From the NCBI RefSeq assembly GCF_009914755.1, contig NC_060932.1: a DNA stretch of 64,000 nucleotides; one strand, given 5' to 3'. Position 1 is the first letter of the stretch. The number at the start of each line of letters is the position of its first letter. The notes beneath the pieces are model-generated. The model worked only from the letters and a program-made list of their open reading frames with translations, was not told the origin of the DNA and did no database searches. Made by a program: the position numbers and the translations under genes. Source of the DNA: the human T2T-CHM13v2.0 reference genome, Homo sapiens. This document shows, piece after piece, positions 1 through 16,884 of the stretch.

Positions 1-169
1 TCCAATTCCCAGAGTCCAGCACGTGGCCCAGCAGAGTGCTGTGAGGTTCTCCTGGGGTCATGAAGCTGACCCCAAAATTAAGCTGCATTGTCTTGTGTTA
101 TGTGTACGTGGTGACTCATTGCACAGACGTTTGCATTCATCTTGGGATGCGACAACTCTGTGTCTGTCG

Positions 170-278
170 CTGCTGGGACAGGACAGCCTATGCTACTCTT
201 GTCCTGGTGTAACTGTCAACAAGGCCCCTTTCACTCTCACAATTGTCCAGTTTGGGTGACATATTATATGGTCACCTA
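170..278 (-). mobile_element. MER94-like hAT-Blackjack MITE
   Basis: ...cccctttcactctcacaattgtccagtttgggtgacatattatatggtcaccta matches the reverse complement of the MER94 start (TAGGGTGACCATATAATTT...GAGAGTGAAAGGGG). Confidence 0.65.
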
Positions 279-1278
279 AGATATGGGATTTTGAACAGTG
301 ATCTACAAAGCTATTTTTCAATGTTATTAAACTATGATATTTATAAACTAAAGGTAGCACATTTGAGGAGAGGACTGAAGATCCTAACTCAGTATTTTAG
401 TGAGAGCTCTTGCTGCCCCTAAAATGTCAAGCAACAAAGTAAAGCCTCCATTGCACAGGCATCCACAGAGAGCCAGCATTTTGGAAAACACTTGATCATA
501 TTGTTAGTTATCAACAACCTTTTGAGCTGTCTGTGATGTTCAATGGCTGCCATCTCTTGTATTTCAAATATAAATCATTATTCACTTAGCTTCTGATGAA
601 AAACTATGCCTGTTGGATGGTCTGTAGGATTGCTTGTTTACCCCTCAGTGTTATAATGCCTGTTTGTTAGCTCATTAATGCTTTGGGCCAAGACTTTAAG
701 AACTGCCTGAACTGCAGTTGAAATAGGAGCCACTCCCACTCCCATAGTTAAAGCAAATCTACACTTAACCCTGCTTCACTGAATGCAGTCGTACCATGAA
801 ACTTCATTGCTATCACTGAATTCTTTTCCACTGGCAACTGTGGAAGGGAAGAGTACCTTTATTATGGTGCTTTGCCCTGACTAAGCAGTTAGAAAAAATA
901 TAAGGGTCCTTGGGCCAGATAGAGGACACAGAGCTAGTGAGACCACCATTTGGGGTGCTTCTGTGAAAGTTAAGAGGTGAGGCTCCCGGTACAGGGCAGT
1001 GGCAGGAGACGGAGGGCACATATGAGGAGTGCAGTTCCAGGGCCCCAGAAAGATATTTTACACATCTGGCCACTTGTAGTCTGGAATTTTAGACGGAGTC
1101 CAAGTCCGAATCTACAGTTCTTTGGGACGTATCTGTGATCTTTACAAAGTAATATACTCTAAACTATTGAGACTCACATCCAAAATGGGCAGTTTTCATG
1201 ATTTGTCTCTACAGAACAGGTAAGAACGTTATCAAAACAAAGAAGTGACATTGCTCTTTCATCAACAAACTTCCTTGA

Positions 1279-1608
<330 letters not shown>

Positions 1609-1827
1609 AGAAGATGTAAACTTTTAAATCCAAGGTAAAAAAAATGATGTGATGGGTCCCTATTTTACAACATGTAATCAAATGCTTAGATTGGTTCCCT
1701 GCCTGAAAGTCTCTTTGCATATATCAAGTTACGTTTTATCATTTGTGCCCAACAATTTCTTCCAAAAAAAATCCCTTGTTCTTTAATGAGGAAAAAGAAC
1801 ATCTTTGCTGTTTAGAAAAGGGCGTAA

Positions 1828-2236
<409 letters not shown>

Positions 2237-2466
2237 CTAAAACATTCTTAGACCAAAATTTTCAGAGGAACTTTGCAGATTGCAAACAAACCCATCAAAA
2301 TAACCCAGTTGGCCTTAGTTGCCAATGACCAAACAAAATGTGACGTTTACAGAGTCCTGAAATTCTCATGCTGTAGAAGCCACCAACGAGCTCTGAAATT
2401 TGACAGGAAACAAATGCTAGAGTCATAAAGCAAGTGATATAATCATTCAAGACAAATGAGGGAGTC

Positions 2467-2697
2467 TTTTTTTCTTTTTTTTAATGAGAGGGGGTCTCAC
2501 TGTGTCACCCAGACTGGAATACAGTGGCACAATCACGGCTCACTGCAGCCCCAACCTCCCAGGCTCAAGTGAGCCTCCCACCTCAGCCTCCCCAAGTAGC
2601 TGGGACTATAGGCATACACCACCACACTCAGCTAATTTTCAATTTTTTTTTTTTTTTTTTTTGTAGAGACTGGGTTTTTCCATAATGCCCAGGCTGG
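2467..2697 (-). mobile_element. AluJ, partial
   Basis: caggctcaagtgagcctcccacc AluJ right-arm signature; left arm truncated. Confidence 0.9.
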
Positions 2698-2805
2698 AAG
2701 CAAGTCATTTCAACTTTTTAAATACTTAATACCAGGAAAAAGAAATAGCTTCTTCCATGCTGTTTTCTGGTGATTAAATCAACATTATTTTGTATGTATG
2801 TCCAA

Positions 2806-2825
2806 ACACACACACACACACACAC
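2806..2825. repeat. (CA)n microsatellite
   Basis: about 10 CA units. Confidence 0.9.
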
Positions 2826-5189
2826 TGTCTGTTTCATCTCCCTAGCTTACTCAAAGTGATAAAACAGGCTCCAGCCAGAAACATCACTGATGGAAACTGT
2901 GACTTTTATTTTAACTAATGCGTCTATTAAAATGAGGCAGGGTTCGGTCGTTGAAGTCAGACGTGGCATTCAAATCACACCCATGGACACATAATTGTCT
3001 GTAGAAGAGAGTACAAGTGAATCGAATCTTACAGCAGCAGAGAAGTTCTCCATGTCGTCGCCATGATTTCATCAGCTTCTCTTTAGTCTCTCCTGCACGT
3101 TTCCTTCAGTCTGAGCAATTCATGCTGAACCTCCTGATCTTCCAACCAAGATTTGGGCTGCAAATTCCTCCCCAGCAGAACTGGAGAACTGGAGAAGCTG
3201 AGCTCAGTGCCATCAGCCCACCACTGGGACTCTGTGACAAATGGAGTGCAGAGGTGACAAATGGAGTGCAGAGGCCGGAGGAAGCTGAAGACCCCTGGCA
3301 GAGCCCTGGGGGTGCCATCACACAGCCTCCCGGGGCACAGCGACAGGAATCCAGAGAGGCGGCCCAGTTCAAGTCTCACAGAAAACCCAGAGTCTGATTA
3401 ATATTAGAACATGGCTCTCGGCAAGGCCCTCATCATCCACAGCACCACAGCCACTGAAATATTCAGGAAGGCTAACAAGCAGGTGCCCTGGGGAGTTAAT
3501 AGCAGAGACGGAAAGCCTCTCGCCAGCTCCATAGCCAACACAGAGCCAGGTGGGATTGTCAGTAATTAAAAGCCTTACTCAGTAGAAGCCTTTATAAAAT
3601 GAATTGTCGAATTCCATCAGCATTAAAGAATAGGCATTGAACTTTCAAAATTACATAAGAATTTTTTAAAGCCAGAATTAAAAACGCTTGACTACATTTT
3701 GCTTTTTGTTTGTTTAGTCATTCACACATATCTATCTGATGCCTACCGTGTGCCTAAGCCCTGCATATACGGAAAACTAATAGGCCAGGAGAAGGTTCCC
3801 TTGGTTGCCACAGCCAGGCCTGGATCACTCTCGATAACTAGCCCACAATAACTGCTGGGACTTCGAGGAAAAACTCATTTTGAATAGTGCCGCCTTCCCG
3901 AAGGCCTGCTGGAAGCACGAGTGGTGAGAGGATGCCCAGAAGTTGCTCCTGGAGGAATGAGGGTGGCCTGTCCTGGGTCTCTGTCCCTGGGTCTCAGGAC
4001 ATAGCACTATCGCCTAAGGATGAAGGTGATCCGAGATTTGGCAACAACGATTGTGAGCACCTCCATGGCAGGAAGCAGGATATGGGCTTCCTACACTCGT
4101 CCCAAGGCAGTGAAGAAAGGCATGGGCCAGGATGCAGCTCTCAGTACATTTTCTGTCACAGGGATGTGAATCCAGCCCAGCAAAGTTCAACCCAGTTGTC
4201 AACTGAAAAGATGGGGAAGACCTTGGATTCCCAAGACTCCGTGAGGGCAGAGCTCATGGCTTAACCTCTCTTTCCCCCCACCGGCTGAGGCAAAAGGCAA
4301 GCGCATGAGATCATTATTGATACATGCAGGAAAGTATGTATTTCATCAGGTAACATTTATTTTAACTAATAAGCACTAAGAACTTCAGCATTTATTAAGT
4401 AGAACACAGCAAACTTCAGCATGTCCTGATCTGTGTGAACTATGGATGGAGAAGGTAAGAAAGTGGGGTTCCGTTTTTCCCTTTCAAGTCCTTATGCCCT
4501 CATGAAGACTGAATTTTCACCCCACCAAAATTAAGGAAGCAAAGTGGCTTCCCGGAGTTCAAAGGGACAGCTCAGCCCCATCTTCGCGTCATGCAGAATG
4601 CATGAGCTGATTCTACTCTCAGCCTCTAAAACAGTAGGGAGATGATAACCTGCAACACAGCTAATTTAGAGGTCACCCTGATCCGGTGGGTAAGAACGCA
4701 TTTCTTCTTACTCAAAATTTAGTCCCATTATTTAGCCCTCGTACACAACTCAGACAGCATTCCCGACGAATACCTACATCTCGTGCTCCTTTTCACAAGG
4801 TGCTGACATACCTAATAGTGCTTTTTTCCCCTCCTGGGCTCTGGGGGTGCCATGAAGGCTGGAGATAGACAGCAAATGAAGGAATAACAATTTTTTTAAA
4901 TCTAGAACTTCCACTGCTTTTATTTCTGCATGAACGTGGAAAAGCCTCCTACTAGGAGAAATAACGTCGTGTAGATTCTGTAATACTTGCCAATAGGTAG
5001 GCCTCCCATCTGTAGACAGCTGTGGCTAAGCCACAGCTTATGGTAATTCGACAAAATTACCATTACTCACAAAAGTAAACAATTTTCTTGAAACAACAAG
5101 GCAGACAGGGTTGTAAGCAGAGGGCTTCATGGTAAATTTCTCTAGTAACTAAGCTAAGTTGGTCTTTTTGGAAACAAGAGTTGCATCTT

Positions 5190-5850
5190 GGCTCAAGCAC
5201 ATGTTTACTGAGTACCGAAATATTTTCAGGTATGGTGATAGGGGCTGTAGATTCAGAGCAGTGTGCTATAAAAGTTGTATCTTCCAGTGGTAGACACAGA
5301 TGCTAAACCAGTAACATTGGTGAATGTCAGTGAAGAGATTTTTGTAGGATCCCAGACAGCGTAGATGATTCATACCCAACCTACAGCCTGAGGTTCAGGG
5401 ATTTTTCCCAAAAAGCCATGCCCTAAAGAGGTCTGGAGGTGTTAAAACAGTAATAGTGAGGCTGCTCATTAGCCATTAGCTGGTGTGTGTCTTCCCTGTG
5501 AGTTCCTTCATGGAACCATTCATGTGCAGATACAACCCTACTGCCTGACACACAGAGATTGTTTGCTATATATTAATATCTGTTGACTGAATTCATGGAA
5601 GCAGAAATCATGGGATCTATTCTCGACCAATTAACTTTTTTGTCAATTTTCCTTTTTGAATTAAATATTGTATCCAGTAAAGTAATGTGTCTTCAAAGGA
5701 GTCTGTTTCTCTCTTTTACAAGATACTGTCAGCTTCTTGAGGGCAGCTGTGTGTCTTATTTATCTGTGTATCTCCAGCAGGTAGACCAGAACCTTGACAT
5801 TACAGATGCCCAGTAGCACCTATTATGTTAAACTGTGTTAAAATGAACTA
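5190..5850. mobile_element. degenerate L2 fragments
   Basis: L2 3'-end-like motifs (tgtttactgagtacc; cttcttgagggcag...; gttgactgaattcat). Confidence 0.45.
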
Positions 5851-7219
5851 AAAGCGGGCAGTCTCTCTAAAGATGCTTCATTTTAACTACTTAAATAGAA
5901 TATTTTGTTGAAATAATAAAAGCTAAGGATTATATATATATGTGTGTGTAATGTATAATATATAACAGTAAATAATGCATCATATATACAACAGTATTAC
6001 ATGTATTATATATGAAATGTAAAGCCCAATATAAGCTAACACATGTTGTGTAATTTTGTATTTATTATATAAATTCACCATGAGATCCCATTACAGAAGG
6101 AGCCTTCCTCGGCATAATGGGAGTGATAGATCACTCGACTTGTAAGAAAGCAAAGGGATAGAAGTATGGCAAAGGCAGGGGAAGAGCTCCGTGAAGATCC
6201 CAAAACACCACACATGAGGACAGCAGCCTGTCTTCTGCTCTTTTTTGCTTACTCTGTGGAACATGACTGAGGCTTCCTCTGCAGAAGGCAGCGTGCAAGT
6301 CCAGATAAATTTGCCTATGAACCTACTGTGACCTTTCCAGGTTCCCCGTAGGAAGAAACCCTGGATCTCAACAGGAGGAAAACGCTCTCCTTTGGAATTT
6401 CAAGAATTCACCACTAAAACGAATGTCCTCTTCTACTCTGATTGTACCACCGAGAAAGGACAGTGAATGTGGCTACGGTCATAATCGACACATACGTTTT
6501 CTGAAATAATGTGAGATTTTTGCCCAAGTTATTCAAGTGGTACAGGGGACTTCACATCTGACCCGGCAGCCCCTCCAATGAAGTAAGTACTTTCTTCTCA
6601 GGGGTAGGATCAAGCACGCCATGTGTAAAATGAATTGAGGTCTTTGCAGAAAGGTGCTGTGCAAATAACTGGTATTACCGTGTTCCCATCTTGATATAGA
6701 GCTCATTTCAATCATGGTATTAGGAACAAAAGTAATGTGTTCAGTTATTGTGAGCTTCAGTTGGCTTTTTCAGGAGCTTCAAATTCAATTACATTCTGAG
6801 ATGAACATGAAATCCATTGAACAGCTGGATGAATGGTGATCTTATTTACCCAATTCTCTTTAAATTCCAGACTTTCATAAGACAATCAAATGCCTCTTGT
6901 GTGCTTTCACATTCTAGTGAATTTTGCAAGGAGAAAACAGAATTATTTTAAGCATGCTCCCGAAAAGGATTTCATACTTATGTACGTACATACAAATATA
7001 TGTGTGTGAATGTATCATATTAACAAAAGCTAAATTATTTGTTCATTCAACAATGCAACAATCATTGTATACAATCACGTATACTCTAACTGACTTATAG
7101 CAAGTGTATTTTAGGGGTTCAATGTCTCAGATTATATAGCTATTACCTTCCAGAGATGGACTTGCCTTAAACTGGCTAGCACTTTCTTACTTTCTTTTTT
7201 ATTTAAACTTTACTAAAAC

Positions 7220-7516
7220 AGCTGGGTGCAGTGGCTCATGCCTATAATCCCAGCACTTTGGGAGGCTGAGGTGGGAGGAGTGCTTGAGTGTGAGACCAGC
7301 CTGGGCAACATGACAAGACCCTGTTTCTACAGAAAATTAAAACATTAGCTGGGCATGACGACATGCATCTGTGGTCCCAGCTACTCATGAGGCTGAGGCA
7401 GAATGATCCCTTAAGCCCAGGAGTTCAAGGCTGCAGTGAGCTATGATTACGCTACTGCACTCTAGCCTGGGCAACAGAGCTAGATCCTGTCTCAAAATAA
7501 ATGAATAAATAAATAA
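7220..7516 (+). mobile_element. AluJ
   Basis: gcccaggagttcaagggctgcagtgagctatgat AluJ signature; (TAAA)n tail. Confidence 0.92.
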
Positions 7517-7902
7517 ACTTTAATACCAAAACAAATATTTTCTCATCATTACAAGACTTTATTTCACAAATTACGTTCCGAATATTCTATCCTAGTCTTT
7601 AATCTATAGGCAAATATTTGTGCATACATGCCCATAAAATTAGAGTTATGTTAGACTGAATAGTAATAGGTTATTTGCCATGGCAGAACCCAAATGTAAG
7701 GCTCCCATGGGCTGTAGAAGTATGAAGGTGGAGAGCTTATAACATCCTGGAAAGAATGTGTGGTTTGTGGGGTGAGGGTGTAAGACAAGGGCTTAACAGA
7801 ATACAGTCTTGGAATTGAAATTGAAAACATCAAGAAAACAGCAAGGAATGAAGCAAAAAAAAAAAAAAGTGAGATAATGTTGTCTAAGAAAATAAGATGA
7901 TG

Positions 7903-8202
7903 GGCCGGGCGCGGTGGCTCACGCCTGTAATCCCAGCACTTTGGGAGGCCGAGGCGGGTGGATCACGACGTCAGGAGTTCAAGACCATCCTGGCTAACAC
8001 AGTGAAACCCCGTCTCTACTAAAAATACAAAAAATTAGCCGGGCGAGGTGGCGGGCGCCTGTAGTCCCAGCTACTCGGGAGGCTGAGGCAGGAGAATGGC
8101 GTGAACCCCAGGGGGCGGAGCCTGCAGTGAGCCGAGATTGCGCCACTGCACTCCAGCCTGGGCGACGGCGAGACTCCGTCTCAAAAAAAAAAAAAAAAAA
8201 AA
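7903..8202 (+). mobile_element. AluY, Ye5-like
   Basis: CpG-rich; diagnostics gggcgaggtgg, gaaccccagggggcggagcctgc and the 2-bp deletion in gcgac(a/g)gcgag; perfect TSD aaaataagatgatg. Confidence 0.9.
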
Positions 8203-9196
8203 AATAAGATGATGAACAAGGATCTGTTATATTCTGTTCCTTTACTGGTTAATAGTATGGAGGGTGCAGAGTTTCATACTCCTTAAGAGTATGAAGAGTT
8301 TCCAAACATAGGAACTGATTATTAAGTGTATGACTGGTTTTAACCTAACACACTAGGTTGTAATGATCACTAGGAAGCAACATGGTTTCACGAAAAAAGG
8401 TGAAACCAGAATCATGTGTCTGCTATTCATGATAGAAAAGATGGAGCATTTCATCAGCACAGCAGAGCTGGGTTTCAGCAGTGTGTGGCCGAGTCTCCCT
8501 TGACATCACCATAAGATAGAAAGTACTGAACCAAATGGAAGAGGAACTGGGGGAGTCCCAGGGGGCTGAGTAGTCATGACTCCCCCGAAAATGTCAGCAA
8601 GAGGAGTGAAACCCTGAAGGGCAGTTTCAAGTGGCATGCCACCTGAGTAAGCTCTCCTTCCCATCCTATGCAAATTTAATCATCAATTTTCATAAGGCCA
8701 GAACAGGCTTGCATCTTATTGTGGAGACACAAGTCAGGAGGAGCAGCACATGCAATGGTTGGCTCGTTCAGTCCTCACAAGTCCCCTGGCAAGTGGCAGA
8801 GATGAGGCAAAATGAAGAAAAAAAGAGTCAATGGAGATAAATGACAGCCTAACAACCAAGATGTTACTATGTCTCATCTGACTTAGCAATCCGGGATCTC
8901 GGAATAGACAATTTAAGGATAGCTTATTATTTATAGTAATAGCGACTGCACTGCTGTCGGAAAGAAAATGGCATCAGAATGCATAATGGCAATAGCTCCC
9001 TACTCCAAAATTTAAAACCCACATCATTTCAGGTGACGTGAACAGAAATACGGGAGCCAGAACAGGGACTGCTGATGGTAGCCAGGTGTTTCTGGCCAGC
9101 CGAGATCCTGAGTGCATTGTTTCCAGTCCTGGCGTCATAATTTAAGTGGGGCTTTGACCAAGTTGAGGCAGTCAAGAAGCATGAGGGCCACAGTCA

Positions 9197-9935
<739 letters not shown>

Positions 9936-10129
9936 AAGTGGATTTGGGGTTTATAATAAGGAAGAAATTTCTATTGATTAGAACACTTCAAAAGTGGAAT
10001 GATCTGACGCATGAAGTAAACTACATGGGCCTGGAAAGGAAAGCACTTCCTCTGTTTCTCCATCTGGCTGGGCCTTCCTCATGTCTAGGGAGAATTACTA
10101 ACCTGCCCTCACCACTGTAATTTAAGATT

Positions 10130-10330
10130 CTTTCTTCTTCCCTATGCTCTATGAATGCTCGCTGTATATTCTTATTAGATCACTTTGCAGTACATTTTCA
10201 TCACGGGCTTTCCTGGTTGCCTCCCCAAACAAACTGTAGAGAGCAGGAAAAAAACTGTCATTCTTCTCATGTCCTGAGCACCTAATGCATTATTTGCACA
10301 TCATGAAACTGAGTAAATGCAGTTGAATAG
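10130..10330 (+). mobile_element. L2 3' fragment
   Basis: ...gagcacctaatgcattatttgcacatcat...gagtaaatgcagttgaat. Confidence 0.45.
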
Positions 10331-10549
10331 GTACAAGAGGCCCACGTTTCATCTTAGAAAAGTACAAATGACTGCAGATAATCTAACAATTGGCTGAAAG
10401 TGAGAAGAAAAGGCAAGAAAAGAAATTAAAAATTAACCTGAAGTGAGAAAATGGAAATCATGGAGGAGGCTGCCATTGGAGACAGCAGAGATGTTGCTGT
10501 GACCTGACCTGATGTTGAGATCTTGGGTTAGAGCACCAAGGTATTCCGT

Positions 10550-10745
10550 TACTCACAATGGTATATTGAGCACTTGCTACATGCTGGGCACTCTGTGACA
10601 ACCCTGGGCCCTGGGCTTTGTCATGATTCCCATCTCACAATTGAGTAATCAGTCTTAGAGAGTTCAAGGCACTTGCTGGCATTATAGGCTGGTAAGTTAT
10701 TCCAGGATAGGAATTTCATTCTGTCTCATCCCAAAGCACTTTGTT
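10550..10745 (-). mobile_element. MIR
   Basis: tattgagcacttgctacatgctgggcact...cccatctcacaattgagtaa. Confidence 0.6.
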
Positions 10746-10882
10746 CCAAAGAACTAAAAACAGCCTGCCAAAATGCAGACACTAGGAAAATAAAGTGGAA
10801 AAGTCACGGTAAAAGAAAAATCAAATTATGAAAAATAAAGCCAGGAGTGATATTGTATATGCCATAGTTCCTATTAAGGTAG

Positions 10883-11395
<513 letters not shown>

Positions 11396-11555
11396 TGACT
11401 TGCCAATTTAAAACATCTCACTATTTATTAATTATATTATCACTGATATATTTCAATGATCCGTATATTATGCAATCGATTTGACAGAGCTTGCTTTGAT
11501 TCCCAAGTAAAGGATAGCACCTTTATTCATACAGCAATATATAGTTCATAAGACA

Positions 11556-12152
11556 CAGTCAGTTCTGCTATAACATGATACATGTGTTCTGAAAAACCAC
11601 CTCATTATACAAAATTGCACAACAAAACCATGAGGCTTATGGAGAAAATCAGGTTAGCAGAATAACACTCAAAAGCTTTACCAGTGACACATAAATTTTT
11701 TAAAAGAGAGAAAATAAAAATGGTAGCACAATTTTGCATGTTTTACGTGGTTAAAAATACATAAATAGTCCAATGAATGTGACAATTTATCTGGAAGCTT
11801 GCTTGTGGAAGTTTGCCTGTGGAAGGATCACAGTAGGTGAGTTTTTGTGAAGGGGCAGAGGAGAGTCATCTGAAATGGGGCAGAAACTTGTAACACCACG
11901 TGCAGATGTCTGGGCTCCTAACATGCAGGTTGAACAGAGGTTGCTGGTTGAAGTTTGAGGTACACGTGTTTTGTGTATTCCTGTATATACTCTGTGGTTA
12001 AGCTGGATGTAGGTTTCTGCGTTCACTTAGTATTTCTTGAGATGAAATCATACATAAGCAAACTTAAAATTAGCATTATGTGTAAATTTCTCCCTACTAT
12101 ATCAATTGCATTAGAATAGATTTGCATTTCAATATGTGTTACAGAATTGACT
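11556..12152 (-). mobile_element. MER82 (TcMar-Tigger)
   Basis: TIRs cagtcagttctgctataac ... gttacagaattgact; internal ttctgcgttcacttagtatttct...cataagcaaac matches MER82. Confidence 0.75.
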
Positions 12153-12288
12153 ATTCATAAAATAATGTATAAAATATTATACATGTTATCTTATTTTATG
12201 CAATGAACTTATAAAATAGATATTATTTTAGTTCCCCATCCTAACTCTCAGATGAAGAAACTGAGTCCAAAATGATTTCAGGACTTCA

Positions 12289-13695
<1,407 letters not shown>

Positions 13696-13783
13696 TAATT
13701 TAGAAACTCTTGTTGTCTATTAACAGTATATCAGATCTCAAATACAAGTGTTCTTTTTCCAATTTCTCCATGCTTTTCCCTAA

Positions 13784-14136
<353 letters not shown>

Positions 14137-14539
14137 AACTTTTTCATTTAATCTGACACATACACATAAGTAGATTTAAGTTAAAAAATACTTATTTCAA
14201 TAAAAAAGTCTGCATCATAACTTTATAAATATGACATGCCTAATCACTCATAACATACACTTTTTATATGTGTTTCAATAAGGAACTATATCCTCATCTT
14301 ATAACTCTGATATTTTTCTGGTTATCATAGTAAATCTACCTATCAATAGTTGTATTTGTATATTTGAAGTTATATTTACATATACTCTAATATATAACTG
14401 AGTATATTTAAATTTAGTCCCTTTCATTATTATTTCACGTATTATTGAAAAAAATTGAATTTGCAGCATAAAAGCTAATTCATAAAGGAAATAGAGGAAG
14501 AAATGTACATACCTATACGCCTTGGCAGAAGAATTATGA

Positions 14540-15010
14540 TGTATTCATCCAAACATTTATTCATTCAATAAATATCTATTAGTGCCAGTTCTAATAAGAT
14601 CTGTGCTAGGGACTGAGGCCATAGGGTTTCATGCCATTTAACAAACATAACAAATGCTTATTTTGTGCCAGAAGAGATGTTGGTTTCTCTGGACACAAAG
14701 ATGAAAAGGATGCAGCATCTGATACAGAAACGGGTTCTGCAAAGAGTGGTAAGTGCTGTAAGAAAAGTACTCAAGAGCACTGAAGAGGACGGGGCATCTG
14801 AGCTCACCTGAGTCAGGCAGGAGCCTCCAAGAAGAGGAGACACTGAGCTGAAGGATCAGTACAGGACGCAGGACGGAGGGAAAGCCACAGGGTTCCAGGC
14901 GGGGCACGCAGCAGGCACAAATGTGGACACAGACGCAGCCCTGGGGCAAGCAGTGCATGATCGGACGGGGCAGGTGGGAATGCGGCTGAAGTGGGATGAG
15001 GTGAAATCCA
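14540..15010 (-). mobile_element. L2 fragment
   Basis: ttcattcaataaatatctatt...tgtgctagggactg; gacactgagctgaaggat; ttccaggc...cagc...caaa. Confidence 0.6.
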
Positions 15011-16884
15011 AGGAAACAACTTCCTGTTGTGCTTGGATGAACGTCACTGCTCAGGTGGGACAGTTCATACACCCTACAAGGCCAAAAGCTATGTGGTTAT
15101 ATGAGTAAGACCTGCTGGTCCCCTCTGGGAATTACTCAGCTACGTATGTCCAGGATCCAGGGGGCATAGCTGAGATCAATGTTGCCAGTCGGCCTCATCC
15201 TACCGACCAGGATTCTGTTGACAATATCTCAATCTAATGTTGTATGAGACAAATTAAACACATTTTGTCCCAGCCCCTGTCAGTGTGTCTAATCTGAGCT
15301 GCTGACAGGGTGACAGACTTGTGTGAAAACTTCAGTCCAACCAAGAAGGTGGAGGGACAAAAGGGTGAATTGTGGAGAGGGATGTCGCCGCACGCCTGTG
15401 CTCATGTCCCAGTTCACAAGGCTTAACTGTCCTCAGATCCTGAGCTAGCTCTGCAGCGAGTTGCATAGTATCAGGTAGGCTGAGGGAGTTACAGCCAGCA
15501 CTACTCATTCCTGCTGGGGCAGGGGTGGGGACTGGCCTGTCCATGCTTTAGAAAGGCTGCCGAGCTCATGGCCATGAGTGCCTCAACTACGGCACCACCC
15601 ACTGCGTGCATAGTCACCATCTGGGTGTATCACATTTCATGGAACTTCGAGACAGGAGTACTGGGGCCACCACACTGATGCTGTCAGCCTTGCTGTGCAC
15701 AGGAATCTCATTGCCTACTTCCAGCTCTGATGAAGCCACCTCAAGCCAAGCTGCTTGCTTGCTTAGTTGTTCTTGTTGGAGTCATGCCATCCTCTGTGAC
15801 ATTGGGGTTGTGCCCTGACATCGGGCAGGAGATGAAAGCAGGAGTTTCCCATGCAGCCAGACTTGGATGACATTCAGCTTTGAATGCATTGTGTCTTAAA
15901 GAGAATCCATGATGAGATTTCAAGACAGAGGTGGTGGTGGTGGTGGTGGTGCCCCAAGCAGCCTTCATTCCTGTGACATTAAGGACTTCAAGGTACAGAG
16001 GCTAAGAGACGTGAAGAAAGACAGCAAGACTGAGATAGAAATGAAAGAAGGAGCCAGGCCCAAATAAGTATTTCTGTTTCTGTCTGATCCTTGGCTATTT
16101 TCCAATCCTCAACCAAGATGAAAACTCCCCGAATTTGGCTTTGGATTAGAATTGCTCTGTCCCTCGGATGAGAGGCAGTAAAAACTTCCTGGCTGAACTG
16201 CTGCTCTGCCGGGCCTTCACTTCACTTCAAACGGCATGCATTGTCTAATTTGCATAGTTCTGCATTTGTGATTTGAGCTAAGTTTGTGGAGATGGAAAAG
16301 ATGAGGTTCTTCCTATCCTAACAGCTAAAACAGATGGCCGTGGATCCAATTTGTTTAGAATAAATTACTGCTACCGTAAGTGGAATAATTTACCCATATG
16401 ATTTTTGTAAAAATCCTTCAGCTAAATCAGCTAGTCTCAGTAACACTACTTGGATAATGACTCTCCTTAGAGAATATAATTTACTGAATACCAGGTAAAC
16501 AGAAATTAGCAAATGCAACTGAGCAGTGATTTTGAGCATCTAGGTGATGATGTAAGGAATCTACATAATATAAAATTGTAATAATTTACAAACAAAAAAC
16601 TTACCACCTTATATTAGAATCTAAGATCCCACACATGATAAGGTACTGTATTATCACCACTAAAAAAGACCTAGTTATGGTTTAGAACTCTTCCATTATA
16701 ACATAGACCTCATTCCAATCAGAAACTCTCTCTTTATAGGACAGTCACAACTTTTGTCTCCAGGAATTTCTTTCAAGCTGTTGATATCCTGCCTTCAAGT
16801 TTTGATGCTCATACTTTTAAAATTTTACTAGAATGTGTCAAGGGAAAATTCCTAAACAATGAGAAAGCCATTTAAAATGCCAAT

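Noticed and set aside
3017-4264. Cluster of 90-126 aa ORFs
   Set aside because: Non-ATG starts, overlap on both strands and no protein similarity recognised.
6979-6992. 14-bp palindrome tatgtacgtacata
   Set aside because: Lies in low-complexity TA/TG sequence, where palindromes arise readily.
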